From an uncultured Gammaproteobacteria bacterium (GTDB lineage Bacteria > Pseudomonadota > Gammaproteobacteria > Chromatiales > Chromatiaceae), in assembly GCA_963699735.1 (NCBI GenBank), contig CAVOUZ010000018.1, forward strand, positions 105,231-169,230: 64,000 bases of DNA, written 5' to 3'. Position numbers and translations under genes: made by a program. Positions 21,032 through 30,465 of this stretch are shown piece after piece. Below the pieces are notes generated by a model. That model saw nothing but the letters and a program-made list of their open reading frames with translations, searched no databases and had not been told where the DNA came from. The first letter of the stretch is position 1; the number at the start of each line of letters is the position of its first letter.

Positions 21032-23161
21032 ATGCCCAAGTTCCTGCTCCATGCGCTTGTCCTCGCCCCGACTCTGGCCCTCACCGTTCTCTCGCCGACG
21101 GTTGCGCACTCCGATGTGCCGGTCATCGACCACCACATCGAAGCGCGCATTGACCCCGACTCAGGGGAGATCCACGCCACCGATCGTCTGACCCTGCCCG
21201 GGGGCGCCACCAGCTGGGATCTGGTCCTGCACCAAGGGCTGTCGCCTCAGGTGATCGACGGGCCCGCAACGCTCGAGTCCAAGGCGCGGGAGGGTCACCT
21301 GGAGCTATTGCGCCTGAGCCTCTCCGGACCCGGCCCGGTAACGCTCTCCTATGGCGGGGAGATCCGCCACGACCTGGCCTCGATCAACGAAGGTATGGGC
21401 AGATCCCGGCAACTCACCACCGGCACCATCGCGGCCGAGGGCGTGTTTCTCGACGGGGCGAGCGGCTGGTACCCACGCGTAACCGACAGTCTGCAGACCT
21501 TCGTGCTGCGCGTGGACCTGCCTGAGGGCTGGCGTGCCGTCTCTCAGGGGGCAGGACCGCAGCGCGAAGGGGTGAGCGGCGACTCCTGGAGCGAGTCCCA
21601 GCCCCAGGACGACATCTATCTCATCGCCGCCCCATTCACCCTCTATCAGGAGGCCGGGCCGGCAGCCGAGGCACAGGTGTGGCTGCGCCAGCCGGATGGG
21701 GACCTCGCGGCGCGCTATCTGGGCGCCACCCGGCAGTATCTGGACCTCTACAGCCGTCTGATCGGCCCCTATCCCTATGCCAAATTCGCGCTGGTGGAGA
21801 ACTTCTGGGAGACCGGTTACGGCATGCCCTCGTTCACCCTGCTCGGCCCTCAGGTGATCCGCCTGCCCTTCATCGTCCGCACCTCCTACCCCCACGAGGT
21901 GCTGCACAATTGGTGGGGCAATGGGGTCTTCGTGGACTACGACGGGGGCAACTGGAGCGAGGGCCTCACCGCCTATCTGGCGGACCACCTGATGAAGGAA
22001 CAGGACGGACAGGGGGCGGACTACCGCCGTGACACCCTCAAGACCTACGCGGATTATGTCCGCGGTGCCGAGGACTTTCCGTTGACAGACTTTCGGGCGC
22101 GTCACGGCTCCGCCAGCCAGGCGATCGGTTATGGCAAGTCGGCCATGCTCTTCCACATGCTGCGCCGCCAGTTGGGTGACGAGGGCTTCAGGCAGGGACT
22201 GCAGCGCTTCTTCGCCGACAACCGCTTCCGCGCCGCGAGCTGGGACGATCTGCGCCGGGCCTTCGAGCAGGTGAGCGGCCGGGACCTCGAGTCCTTCTTC
22301 AGGGCCTGGACCCGGCGCACCGGTGCGCCGCGGCTCGCACTCGGCGACCTGCGGGTGGAGCATCAAGGGCCCGACTTCCGCGTCAGCGGGCAGGTTGATC
22401 AGACCCAGCGCGAGCCGCCTTTCCCACTCGCGGTGCCGGTGGTCGTTCACCAAGAGCAGGGGCCGCCCCAGGTGCTGATGGTGCCGGTGCAAGGGCGCTC
22501 GGGGCGCTTCCAGGTCGATCTGCCCTCGGCCCCGGTGCGTGTCGCCCTGGACCCCGGATTCGACACCTTCCGGGACCTGATGCCCGGCGAGTCCCCGGTG
22601 GCCCTGAGCAATCTGTTCGGCTCCGACCGCGGGATCATCCTGGTGCCGGCGAGGGCCGATCCCGAGCTGCGCGCCGGCTACCAGTCCCTCGCCGAGGCCT
22701 GGGTGGCGGGGCACCGCGGCTGGAAGGTGACGAGTGATGACGAGCTCGATCGGCTCCCCGAAGATGGGGCCGTCTGGATCCTGGGCTGGGAGAACCGTTT
22801 TGCCCCGGAGCTCGCCGAGGGCGCCCGTGGACTGGATCTGGATCTAAAGTCTGGCCGACTGAGCCTCGGCGGGTCCAGCTACGAGAGCGACCGGGCGAGC
22901 CCCGTGCTTACCCGCTCCCTGGGCGGCCGCCCCGCCGCCTGGATGGCCGCGGCGAGCCCGCTGGCCCTGCCCGGACTGGCGCGCAAGCTGCCCCACTACG
23001 GCAAATACGGCTATCTGGTCTTCACCGGGACCGCACCGGACAATGTCCTGAAGGGACAATGGCCGCCCGGCGACTCCGAGCTGGCCCACTGGCTCGGCAG
23101 CGCCCGCCCGGAGCTGACACCCGTGGCCGACCCGCCGCTGGCTCGGCTCGACGGGGACTAG
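21032..23161 (+). CDS. Secreted M1-family zinc aminopeptidase
   Basis: HEVLHNWWGN (HExxH) with distal E in NWSEGL; GYGMPS exopeptidase-like motif; signal peptide. Confidence 0.88.
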   Translation: MPKFLLHALVLAPTLALTVLSPTVAHSDVPVIDHHIEARIDPDSGEIHATDRLTLPGGATSWDLVLHQGLSPQVIDGPATLESKAREGHLELLRLSLSGPGPVTLSYGGEIRHDLASINEGMGRSRQLTTGTIAAEGVFLDGASGWYPRVTDSLQTFVLRVDLPEGWRAVSQGAGPQREGVSGDSWSESQPQDDIYLIAAPFTLYQEAGPAAEAQVWLRQPDGDLAARYLGATRQYLDLYSRLIGPYPYAKFALVENFWETGYGMPSFTLLGPQVIRLPFIVRTSYPHEVLHNWWGNGVFVDYDGGNWSEGLTAYLADHLMKEQDGQGADYRRDTLKTYADYVRGAEDFPLTDFRARHGSASQAIGYGKSAMLFHMLRRQLGDEGFRQGLQRFFADNRFRAASWDDLRRAFEQVSGRDLESFFRAWTRRTGAPRLALGDLRVEHQGPDFRVSGQVDQTQREPPFPLAVPVVVHQEQGPPQVLMVPVQGRSGRFQVDLPSAPVRVALDPGFDTFRDLMPGESPVALSNLFGSDRGIILVPARADPELRAGYQSLAEAWVAGHRGWKVTSDDELDRLPEDGAVWILGWENRFAPELAEGARGLDLDLKSGRLSLGGSSYESDRASPVLTRSLGGRPAAWMAAASPLALPGLARKLPHYGKYGYLVFTGTAPDNVLKGQWPPGDSELAHWLGSARPELTPVADPPLARLDGD

Positions 23162-23307
23162 ACCGCGCCGGTGGATGCGGCGCGGATGGGCCCTGAACAA
23201 GCCCGCTGCGCAGTGCCAGGCGCCTGATCCACCCTATGGACGTCCGATCCGTCTCGGCGCGGCTGTACCAGGCGACCGGGTGAGGGCCAGCGCAGCGGGC
23301 CTCCGGC

Positions 23308-25746
23308 TCAACCCGGGCGCCTGCGCCGGATCCAGCCGATCAGGACGCTGTGCAGCTCCTTGAGCCCGACCGGCTTGCTCAGATAGTCATCCATGCCCGC
23401 GTCCAGGCAACGCTGCCGATCACCGGGCATGGCCAGGGCGGTCAGGGCGATGATGGGCGTGGCACGCAGGATGGGGTCCGCACGCAGGCGCCGGGTGGCC
23501 TCCAGCCCATCCATCCTCGGCATCTGCACGTCCATCAGGATGACGTCCGGGAATCGTTCCCGGGCCTCGGCGATCGCCTCCACCCCGTCGCGCGCCGTGT
23601 GCACGACGCAACCGCGGATGCGCAGATAGTCGGAGAGCATCTGCAGGTTGCCCAGATTGTCCTCCACCAGCAGGACCACCGGCCGCCTGCCGATCGGAGA
23701 GGTCAGGTCCTGGTCGCCGCGGATCTCGGCCTCCGGCTCCACCTGGGCGGCGTCCTGAACCCGCGGATTCCAGGGCAGGATCAGGGTGAAGCGGCTGCCG
23801 GTGCCGACCTCGCTCTCCACCTCGATGGTGCCGGCGTGGAGCTTCGCCATCCCGTTCGCCAGGGCCAGCCCGAGGCCGGTGCCGCCATACTCCCGCGACA
23901 ATCGGCTGTCGATCTGTACGAAGGGCTTGAACAACTCGTCGCGCTGCTCCGGCGGTATGCCCACCCCCGTATCCCACACGCAGATACGCGCCTTACCCCT
24001 CACCGCATCGCCCCTCACCTCGAGCCCGATGGTCCCGCCCCGGGGCGTGAACTTGACCGCATTGGCCAGCAGATTGATCAGCATCTGTTTGAGCCGACGG
24101 CCATCGCCCCGCACCAGTCGAACGGCCGGGTCCAGATCGGTGGCGATCTCGAGCCCCTTGGCGGCGGCAGAAGGTGCTATCAGCCGCAGGCAGGCGTCCC
24201 AGAGCTGATTCACCGGCACATCGTCCCAGCGCAGGGTCATGGCCCCCGAGGCGACCCGTGTCATGTCCAGGATGTCGTTGATGAGCTCGAGCAGATGGGT
24301 GCCGTTCTCCTGGATGGTGCGGGCGGCCTTGGCCTGCTGCGGGGTGAGCGGGCCGAGCAGACCATCTTCCATGGTCTCCGAGAGGCCGAGGATGGAGGTC
24401 AGGGGGGTGCGCAGCTCGTGGCTGGTGGCGGCCAGGAACTCGTCCTTGGCCCGCCCGGTGCGGGCCAGCTCGGCGTTTGCCCGGGCCAGCTCGGCGGTAC
24501 GCTCGCGTACCCGTTCCGCGAGCTTGGACCGCTCCTCGGTGAGGGCCCGGTGGGCCTGGCGCAGCTTGGCCTCCGCCTGCTTGCGCGCCGAGATGTCGGC
24601 GAAGCTGACGACGGCACCGACCAGTTGGCCGTCGCGATAGATGGGGTTGGACCTGTACTCGACCGGGAAGCCGGTCCCGTCCGCGCGCCAGAACACCTCG
24701 TCGTCCACGTGGACCGGCTGGCCGTCGCGATGGGTGCGGACGGCCGGGCAGGAATCCACCGGATAGGGGGTCCCGTCCGCCCGGGCGTAGTGCATGGCCT
24801 GATGCATGTCCCTCCCCTCGAGCTCCGCCGGCGAGGCGTAACCCAGCATGCGGGCGGCGGCGGGATTGCAGAAGATGCAGCAGCCGTCGGTCGCCACCCC
24901 GTAGATGCCCTCGCCGCTGGACTCCAGCAAGAGCCGGGAATGGGCCTCGCTGCGGCGCAGGCGTTCCTGGGACCGCGCCAGGTTCTCCTGCATGGTCTTC
25001 AAGGCTCCCAGCATCTGGGCATTCTCGTCCGATCCCTTCACGCAGATCGGGGAGGAAAAGTCCCCGGCGCTCACCCGCCGGGCGATGGCGGTAGCGGTGG
25101 CGATGGGGCGTCCGATCGAACGGTCCACCAGCCAGATCAGCAACAGGGCGGCGCCGATCATGACGGTAGCCGTCAGCAACAGGATGTTGCGCTCCACCCT
25201 GCGGGTGGAGCGCTCGATCCGCGCCAACGCCTCCTCCTTGTTGGCCAGGGCCGCGGCGACCACCTCATCGATCAGGTCGGTCGGGGCGCGATCGATGCCC
25301 CGCACCCGAAGGTCGACCTGGCCCTGCGGATCCGGGTCCTGCGGCTGATAGTGCCTCAGCGCCTCCCGATACTGGTCGCCGAGGCGGATGTGGGCGCTCA
25401 GAAACCGACGGGCGACGACCGCCGCTTCGCCGCTGTCGCCGAGCAGGCCGATCAACTCCAGGACATGCTCGCGCGTGCGCGCCTCTTCCTGCTCGAACTG
25501 GTTGAAGTACTGCGCATAGAGCCCGGGCTCGCGCCCGCGCAGCAGGACGTTCTTCCACTCCTGGACCTGCTTCTTGAACAGGACCTGGGCGGACAGTGCG
25601 GTGGAGACGATGCGCGAGCTCTCGTCGCGGACCTGGGTCTCCCGGTCGGCGGCCTGCTGGACCAGGTGCAATGCATAGAAGGCCGCGATCAGATTGACGA
25701 CCAGGATGCCGGCCAGACCGAGGGCGAACTTTGCTCGGATCATCAT
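23308..25746 (-). CDS. Hybrid sensor histidine kinase (periplasmic helical sensor-HAMP-PAS-HisKA-HATPase-REC)
   Basis: Two TM segments around FKKQVQEWKN; SHELRTPL; NAVKFT; GGTGLGL; ILMDVQMP..DG..KP. Confidence 0.93.
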   Translation of the reverse strand: MMIRAKFALGLAGILVVNLIAAFYALHLVQQAADRETQVRDESSRIVSTALSAQVLFKKQVQEWKNVLLRGREPGLYAQYFNQFEQEEARTREHVLELIGLLGDSGEAAVVARRFLSAHIRLGDQYREALRHYQPQDPDPQGQVDLRVRGIDRAPTDLIDEVVAAALANKEEALARIERSTRRVERNILLLTATVMIGAALLLIWLVDRSIGRPIATATAIARRVSAGDFSSPICVKGSDENAQMLGALKTMQENLARSQERLRRSEAHSRLLLESSGEGIYGVATDGCCIFCNPAAARMLGYASPAELEGRDMHQAMHYARADGTPYPVDSCPAVRTHRDGQPVHVDDEVFWRADGTGFPVEYRSNPIYRDGQLVGAVVSFADISARKQAEAKLRQAHRALTEERSKLAERVRERTAELARANAELARTGRAKDEFLAATSHELRTPLTSILGLSETMEDGLLGPLTPQQAKAARTIQENGTHLLELINDILDMTRVASGAMTLRWDDVPVNQLWDACLRLIAPSAAAKGLEIATDLDPAVRLVRGDGRRLKQMLINLLANAVKFTPRGGTIGLEVRGDAVRGKARICVWDTGVGIPPEQRDELFKPFVQIDSRLSREYGGTGLGLALANGMAKLHAGTIEVESEVGTGSRFTLILPWNPRVQDAAQVEPEAEIRGDQDLTSPIGRRPVVLLVEDNLGNLQMLSDYLRIRGCVVHTARDGVEAIAEARERFPDVILMDVQMPRMDGLEATRRLRADPILRATPIIALTALAMPGDRQRCLDAGMDDYLSKPVGLKELHSVLIGWIRRRRPG

Positions 25747-25922
25747 GATGGGGTGTGCGCACAACAGCGGATCCGGCTCGCGGCGGCGCGCCCCGGCCGG
25801 ACGGGCATTAAACAGGATTCGCCCGGTCTTTACGCCCCCCGGCAACCGGTCTCGAACCGAGTGCCACCCGGAAGGTCCCTCTGCTACCCTGACCGGACTC
25901 CCACATCAGGACTCGATCTGCC

Positions 25923-26513
25923 ATGCGAAGAACCCATCGATACGGCCTTGGCCTGGCCGTACTGGTCACGCTCCCCTGGGTCGTCTGGGGCGCGAACGTC
26001 GGGCGCGACGACGCCTTCGTCCCGGACCCTGAGAGTGTGCGCCCCAGGAGCATCGAGGAGGGCGAGGCATGGAAGGAGGGTGCGGTCGGACTGCCGCCCT
26101 GGCCAAGCGACGGCGACCTGCTGGAGTTCGAGCCGGACGGCCCGCCCCTGCCCTTCCGTTTCTACATCGACACCCGGCACCTGAGCACCGACCCCAAGGG
26201 CGGCGTGGTGCGCTACGTGGTCGTCGCGGAGAGCAAGAGCGGCATCCGCAACGTCTCCTACGAGGGCATCCGCTGCACGCTCAAGGGGGGCTACCGGGTC
26301 TATGCCTACGGCTCCGGCGGTCGCTTCGTCGAGGCGCCGGAGACCGACTGGCTCCCCATCCCGACCCAGGGCAGCGAGGCCTATCGGGAGGACCTGTGGC
26401 GCAATCGCTTCTGCGTCCCGCGCGAGACCCGCATGCGGCCCCTCAAGGAGATGATCCGGTCGCTCAAGGGCCACGGCGTACCGCGCGAGCACACGGGCTT
26501 CCAGGCGGATTGA
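25923..26513 (+). CDS. CNP1-like family exported protein
   Basis: WKE..V.LP.WP, VVRY.VV..S.SG.RNVSYEGIRC pattern; signal peptide. Confidence 0.75.
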   Translation: MRRTHRYGLGLAVLVTLPWVVWGANVGRDDAFVPDPESVRPRSIEEGEAWKEGAVGLPPWPSDGDLLEFEPDGPPLPFRFYIDTRHLSTDPKGGVVRYVVVAESKSGIRNVSYEGIRCTLKGGYRVYAYGSGGRFVEAPETDWLPIPTQGSEAYREDLWRNRFCVPRETRMRPLKEMIRSLKGHGVPREHTGFQAD

Positions 26514-26615
26514 AGACGGGACCGGGGCCGTTGAAGATCGGCGCCCGCGCCGCACTTCATCTGTTTGGCGCCCACTGAGGTGCCCCCTTTCAATCCATCG
26601 TCCAAGGGTCTTGTC

Positions 26616-28652
26616 ATGCCGTCCAATCCACTTCTCGACACCCCGGGTCTTCCGGCCTTCTCCCGCATCCTGCCCGAGCACGTGGAGCCCGCGATCGACG
26701 CCCGGCTCGCCGCCTGTCGGGCCGAGATCGCCCGACTCACCCGGGAGGTCGAGGTCCCCACCTGGGAGAGCTTCGTGGAGCCCTTGGAGGAGATGGACGA
26801 CACCCTGAGCCGCACCTGGTCGCCGGTCGGCCACCTCAACGGGGTGCTCAACAGCGACGCCCTGCGCGCCGCCTACAACGCCTGCCTGCCCAAACTCAGC
26901 GACTACGGCACCGAGGTGGGCCAGAACGAGGACCTGTTCCGCGGCTACCAGGCAGTGGCCGCACTGGAGCATCTGGATGCGACCCAGCGCAAGCTGCTCG
27001 AGAATGCGCTGCGCGACTTCCACCTCTCCGGCGTCGATCTGCCCGCCGAGGAGAAGGCCCGCTACAAGGCCATCAGCCAGGAGCTCTCCCAGCTCACCAG
27101 CAAATACTCGGAGAACCTGCTCGACGCCACCAACGCCTGGAGCAAGCTCATCACCGACGAGGCCCAACTCGCGGGGCTGCCGGAGTCGGCCCTGGCCCTG
27201 GCCCGCCAGAACGCCCGGCAGCGCGACCAGGAGGGGTGGCTCCTCACGCTGGACATGCCCTCCTACCTGCCGCTCATGACCTACGCGGACGACCGGGACC
27301 TGCGCTTCGAGGTCTACCGGGCCTACGGCACCCGGGCCTCGGATCAGGGGCCACACGCCGGCCAGTGGGACAACGGCGAGTCCATGGAGCGCATCCTGGC
27401 CCTGCGCCACGAGCTGGCGCGCCTCCTGGGCTTCGAGAGCTACGCCCATCGCTCGCTCGCCACCAAGATGGCCCCATCGACCGACGCCGTGCTGGCCTTC
27501 CTCAACGACCTGGCGAGGCGCTCCGTGGACCAGGCCCGACGCGACCTCCAGGAGGTCCGCGACTACGCCCGGGAGCACCACGGCGCCGACGACCTGGAGC
27601 CCTGGGACCTGGCCTACTACTCGGAGAAGCTGCGCATCCACCGCTATCAGATCGGCCAGGAGGAGCTGCGGCCCTACTTCCCGGTCTCCCGGGTCCTGAC
27701 CGGATTGTTCGAGGTGGTACAGCGGCTCTTCGGGGTGCGGATCCAGGAGGCCGAGGCCTTCGAGACCTATCACCCGGACGTGCGCTTCTTCGAGATCCGC
27801 GACGCCGATTCCGGCAGCCTGCGCGGCCAGTTCTATCTCGACCCCTTCGCCCGCACCAACAAGCGCGGCGGGGCTTGGATGGACGTGTGCACCAACCGCA
27901 TGCACACCACCCGCTGCGACCAGATCCCGGTCGCCTACCTGGTGTGCAACTTCACCCCGCCGGTGGGCGACACCCCGTCTCTGCTCACCCACAACGAGGT
28001 GCAGACCCTTTTCCACGAGTTCGGCCACGGCATCCACCACATGCTGACCCGGGTGGACTACCCGGCGGTGGCGGGCATCAACGGGGTCGCCTGGGACGCC
28101 GTCGAACTGCCCAGCCAGTTCATGGAGAACTGGTGCTGGGAGCGGGAGTCACTGGATCTCTTCGCCGCCCACTGGAAGACCAATGAGCCGATCCCCGAGG
28201 AGCTCTACCAGCGCATGATCGCCGCCAAGAACTTCCAGTCCGCCATGCAGATGGTGCGTCAGCTCGAGTTCGCCCTGTTCGACTTCCGCATCCACCTGGA
28301 ATACGACCCGGCGCGGGGCGGGCGTATCTACGAGATCCTCGAGGAGGTCCGAGACCAGGTGGCGGTGGTCCGCCCGCCCGCCTTCAACCGCTTCGCCCAC
28401 GGCTTCTCCCACGTCTTCTCGGGGGGCTACGCGGCTGGCTATTACAGCTACAAATGGGCCGAGGTCTTGAGCGCTGACGCCTTCTCCTTGTTCGAGGAAC
28501 GGGGCGTCTTCGACGCCGACACCGGCCGGTCCTTCCGCGAATCCATCTTGGAGCGTGGCGGCTCGCGCGATGCGATGGAGTTGTTCGTGGACTTCCGGGG
28601 GCGCGAGCCCAACACCGACGCCCTGCTGAGGCACTCCGGTATCGCCGCCTGA
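26616..28652 (+). CDS. prlC: Oligopeptidase A (M3 family)
   Basis: NPLL start, KRGGAWM, FHEFGH, DAVELPSQ, GYAAGYYSYKWAEVL. Confidence 0.96.
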   Translation: MPSNPLLDTPGLPAFSRILPEHVEPAIDARLAACRAEIARLTREVEVPTWESFVEPLEEMDDTLSRTWSPVGHLNGVLNSDALRAAYNACLPKLSDYGTEVGQNEDLFRGYQAVAALEHLDATQRKLLENALRDFHLSGVDLPAEEKARYKAISQELSQLTSKYSENLLDATNAWSKLITDEAQLAGLPESALALARQNARQRDQEGWLLTLDMPSYLPLMTYADDRDLRFEVYRAYGTRASDQGPHAGQWDNGESMERILALRHELARLLGFESYAHRSLATKMAPSTDAVLAFLNDLARRSVDQARRDLQEVRDYAREHHGADDLEPWDLAYYSEKLRIHRYQIGQEELRPYFPVSRVLTGLFEVVQRLFGVRIQEAEAFETYHPDVRFFEIRDADSGSLRGQFYLDPFARTNKRGGAWMDVCTNRMHTTRCDQIPVAYLVCNFTPPVGDTPSLLTHNEVQTLFHEFGHGIHHMLTRVDYPAVAGINGVAWDAVELPSQFMENWCWERESLDLFAAHWKTNEPIPEELYQRMIAAKNFQSAMQMVRQLEFALFDFRIHLEYDPARGGRIYEILEEVRDQVAVVRPPAFNRFAHGFSHVFSGGYAAGYYSYKWAEVLSADAFSLFEERGVFDADTGRSFRESILERGGSRDAMELFVDFRGREPNTDALLRHSGIAA

Positions 28653-28860
28653 TGCTTCACCGATACGAATTGGCCCCGCGAGCCAAGCGTCTAGGTCGCG
28701 GCATTGGCGGCTCCGTACGCCCGTAGCGCTCTTGCCTGCCTCTGCTGGTGGCACATGCGGATCAGGAGCCACACCCGGCGGAGCGCAAAACAGCGCCCTC
28801 CCTGGCGCTTGGGCACGGGTGGCTCGCCCATCTGGGAGCCACCGCGTTGGTGGGCCAGGT

Positions 28861-30465
28861 TCAGCTACCAGGGGGCGCGAGCGCGTCCATGACCTTGTCC
28901 AGGCTGAAGCTCGCGGCCTTCTGGCGCGGCGGGAATTCCCGGAAGGTCTCTAGGAACTTAGCCACGTAGGCCTGGGCCGGCACCAGCAGGTAGGCGCGGT
29001 CCAGCAGCCACTCGTAGTAGGAGTTGGAGGTGATGGTGGCGCGCTCGTAGGGATCGCGGCGTAGGTTGAAGACGAAGGGTACGCGCATGGGCACGAAGGG
29101 CTGCTGCCAGACCCGGAAGGTGCCCGCTACCGGCTGCTCCATGAACAGGACCTTCCAGTCCCCGTAGCGAAGCGCCGTCAGGTCGCCGTCGTCGGAGAAG
29201 TAGAAGACCTCCTTGCGCGGGCTCTGGTCGGTCTCACCTGTGAGCAGAGGCAGGATGTTGTAGCCGTCCAGATGAACCTTGTAGAAGCGGTTCATGGCGT
29301 CGGAGCCGACGCCGACCCTGAGCATCTCTTTGATTTCCGGGGCACCGGCGGCGGCCAGGAAGGTCGGGAACCAGTCCATGTGGTGGACGATCTCGTTGGT
29401 CCACTGACCCGGCTGGATGTGGCCGGGCCAGCGCACCATGGCGGGCACGCGCCAGCCTCCCTCCCAGTTGGTGTTCTTCTCACCGCGGAAGGGGTTCCAG
29501 CCGGCGTCCGGCCAGGTGTTCATGTGGGGGCCGTTGTCGGTGGAATAGAAGACGATGGTGTTGTCGGCGATGCCTAGATCGTCCAGTGCCTTGAGGAACT
29601 TGCCGATATGCCGGTCGTGCTCGACCATGCCGTCGGCGTACTCGTCCTGGCCGGAGATGCCGCGCAACTCGGGCTTCACGTGGGTGCGGAAGTGCATGCG
29701 GGTGCCGTTCCACCACACGAACCAGGGCTTGCCAGCGGCCTGCTGCTCCTTGATGAACTCCACGGCGCGGTCGGAGGTCTCGTCGTCGACGGTCTCCATG
29801 CGCTTCTTGGTCAGCGGGCCGGTGTCCTCGATCCGCTGGGTGCCGTCGGGCATGGCCCAGGAGTGGAGCACGCCGCGCGGGCCGAATTTCTGCCGGAAGG
29901 TCTGGCCGTCAGGCAGGACCAGGTCGCCCGGATAGTCGAGATTCTCCGGCTCCTCCTCGGCGTTCAGGTGATAGAGGTTGCCGAAGAACTCGTCGAAGCC
30001 GTGGTTGGTCGGCAGGTGCTCATCGCGGTCGCCTAGGTGGTTCTTGCCAAACTGTCCGGTAGCATAGCCCATTGACTTCAACATGCCGGCGATGGTGGGG
30101 TCCTTCTCGCTCATCCCTTCCTTGGCGCCCGGCAGGCCGACCTTGGACAGGCCGGAACGGAACACGCTCTGCCCCATGATGAAGGAGGCGCGCCCCGCCG
30201 TGCAGGACTGCTCGGCGTAGTAGTCGGTGAAGGTCATGCCTTCGCTGGCGATGCGGTCGATGTTGGGGGTCTGGTAGCCCACCAGACCGTGGGTGTAGGT
30301 GCTGATGTTGGATTGCCCGATGTCGTCGCCCCAGACGACCAGGATGTTGGGCTTGTCGGCCGCCAGGGCCGGGCCGGTGAGCGCCACGGCCCCGCCGAGC
30401 GCCAGCGCGAGCCCGACGGCGAGGCGTCGCCCGGGCCGGTGGGAGTTTTCAGGAACGGGTTGCAT
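28861..30465 (-). CDS. Exported formylglycine-dependent arylsulfatase
   Basis: KPNIL..WGDD, SCTAGR (CxxxR), GKNHLG, STDNG; N-terminal signal peptide containing RR. Confidence 0.93.
   Translation of the reverse strand: MQPVPENSHRPGRRLAVGLALALGGAVALTGPALAADKPNILVVWGDDIGQSNISTYTHGLVGYQTPNIDRIASEGMTFTDYYAEQSCTAGRASFIMGQSVFRSGLSKVGLPGAKEGMSEKDPTIAGMLKSMGYATGQFGKNHLGDRDEHLPTNHGFDEFFGNLYHLNAEEEPENLDYPGDLVLPDGQTFRQKFGPRGVLHSWAMPDGTQRIEDTGPLTKKRMETVDDETSDRAVEFIKEQQAAGKPWFVWWNGTRMHFRTHVKPELRGISGQDEYADGMVEHDRHIGKFLKALDDLGIADNTIVFYSTDNGPHMNTWPDAGWNPFRGEKNTNWEGGWRVPAMVRWPGHIQPGQWTNEIVHHMDWFPTFLAAAGAPEIKEMLRVGVGSDAMNRFYKVHLDGYNILPLLTGETDQSPRKEVFYFSDDGDLTALRYGDWKVLFMEQPVAGTFRVWQQPFVPMRVPFVFNLRRDPYERATITSNSYYEWLLDRAYLLVPAQAYVAKFLETFREFPPRQKAASFSLDKVMDALAPPGS

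Noticed and set aside
23350-28040. Very long antisense ORFs (944 aa, 718 aa) and similar shadow ORFs throughout the track
   Set aside because: They lie opposite well-supported genes and are expected from high-GC codon bias; no motifs
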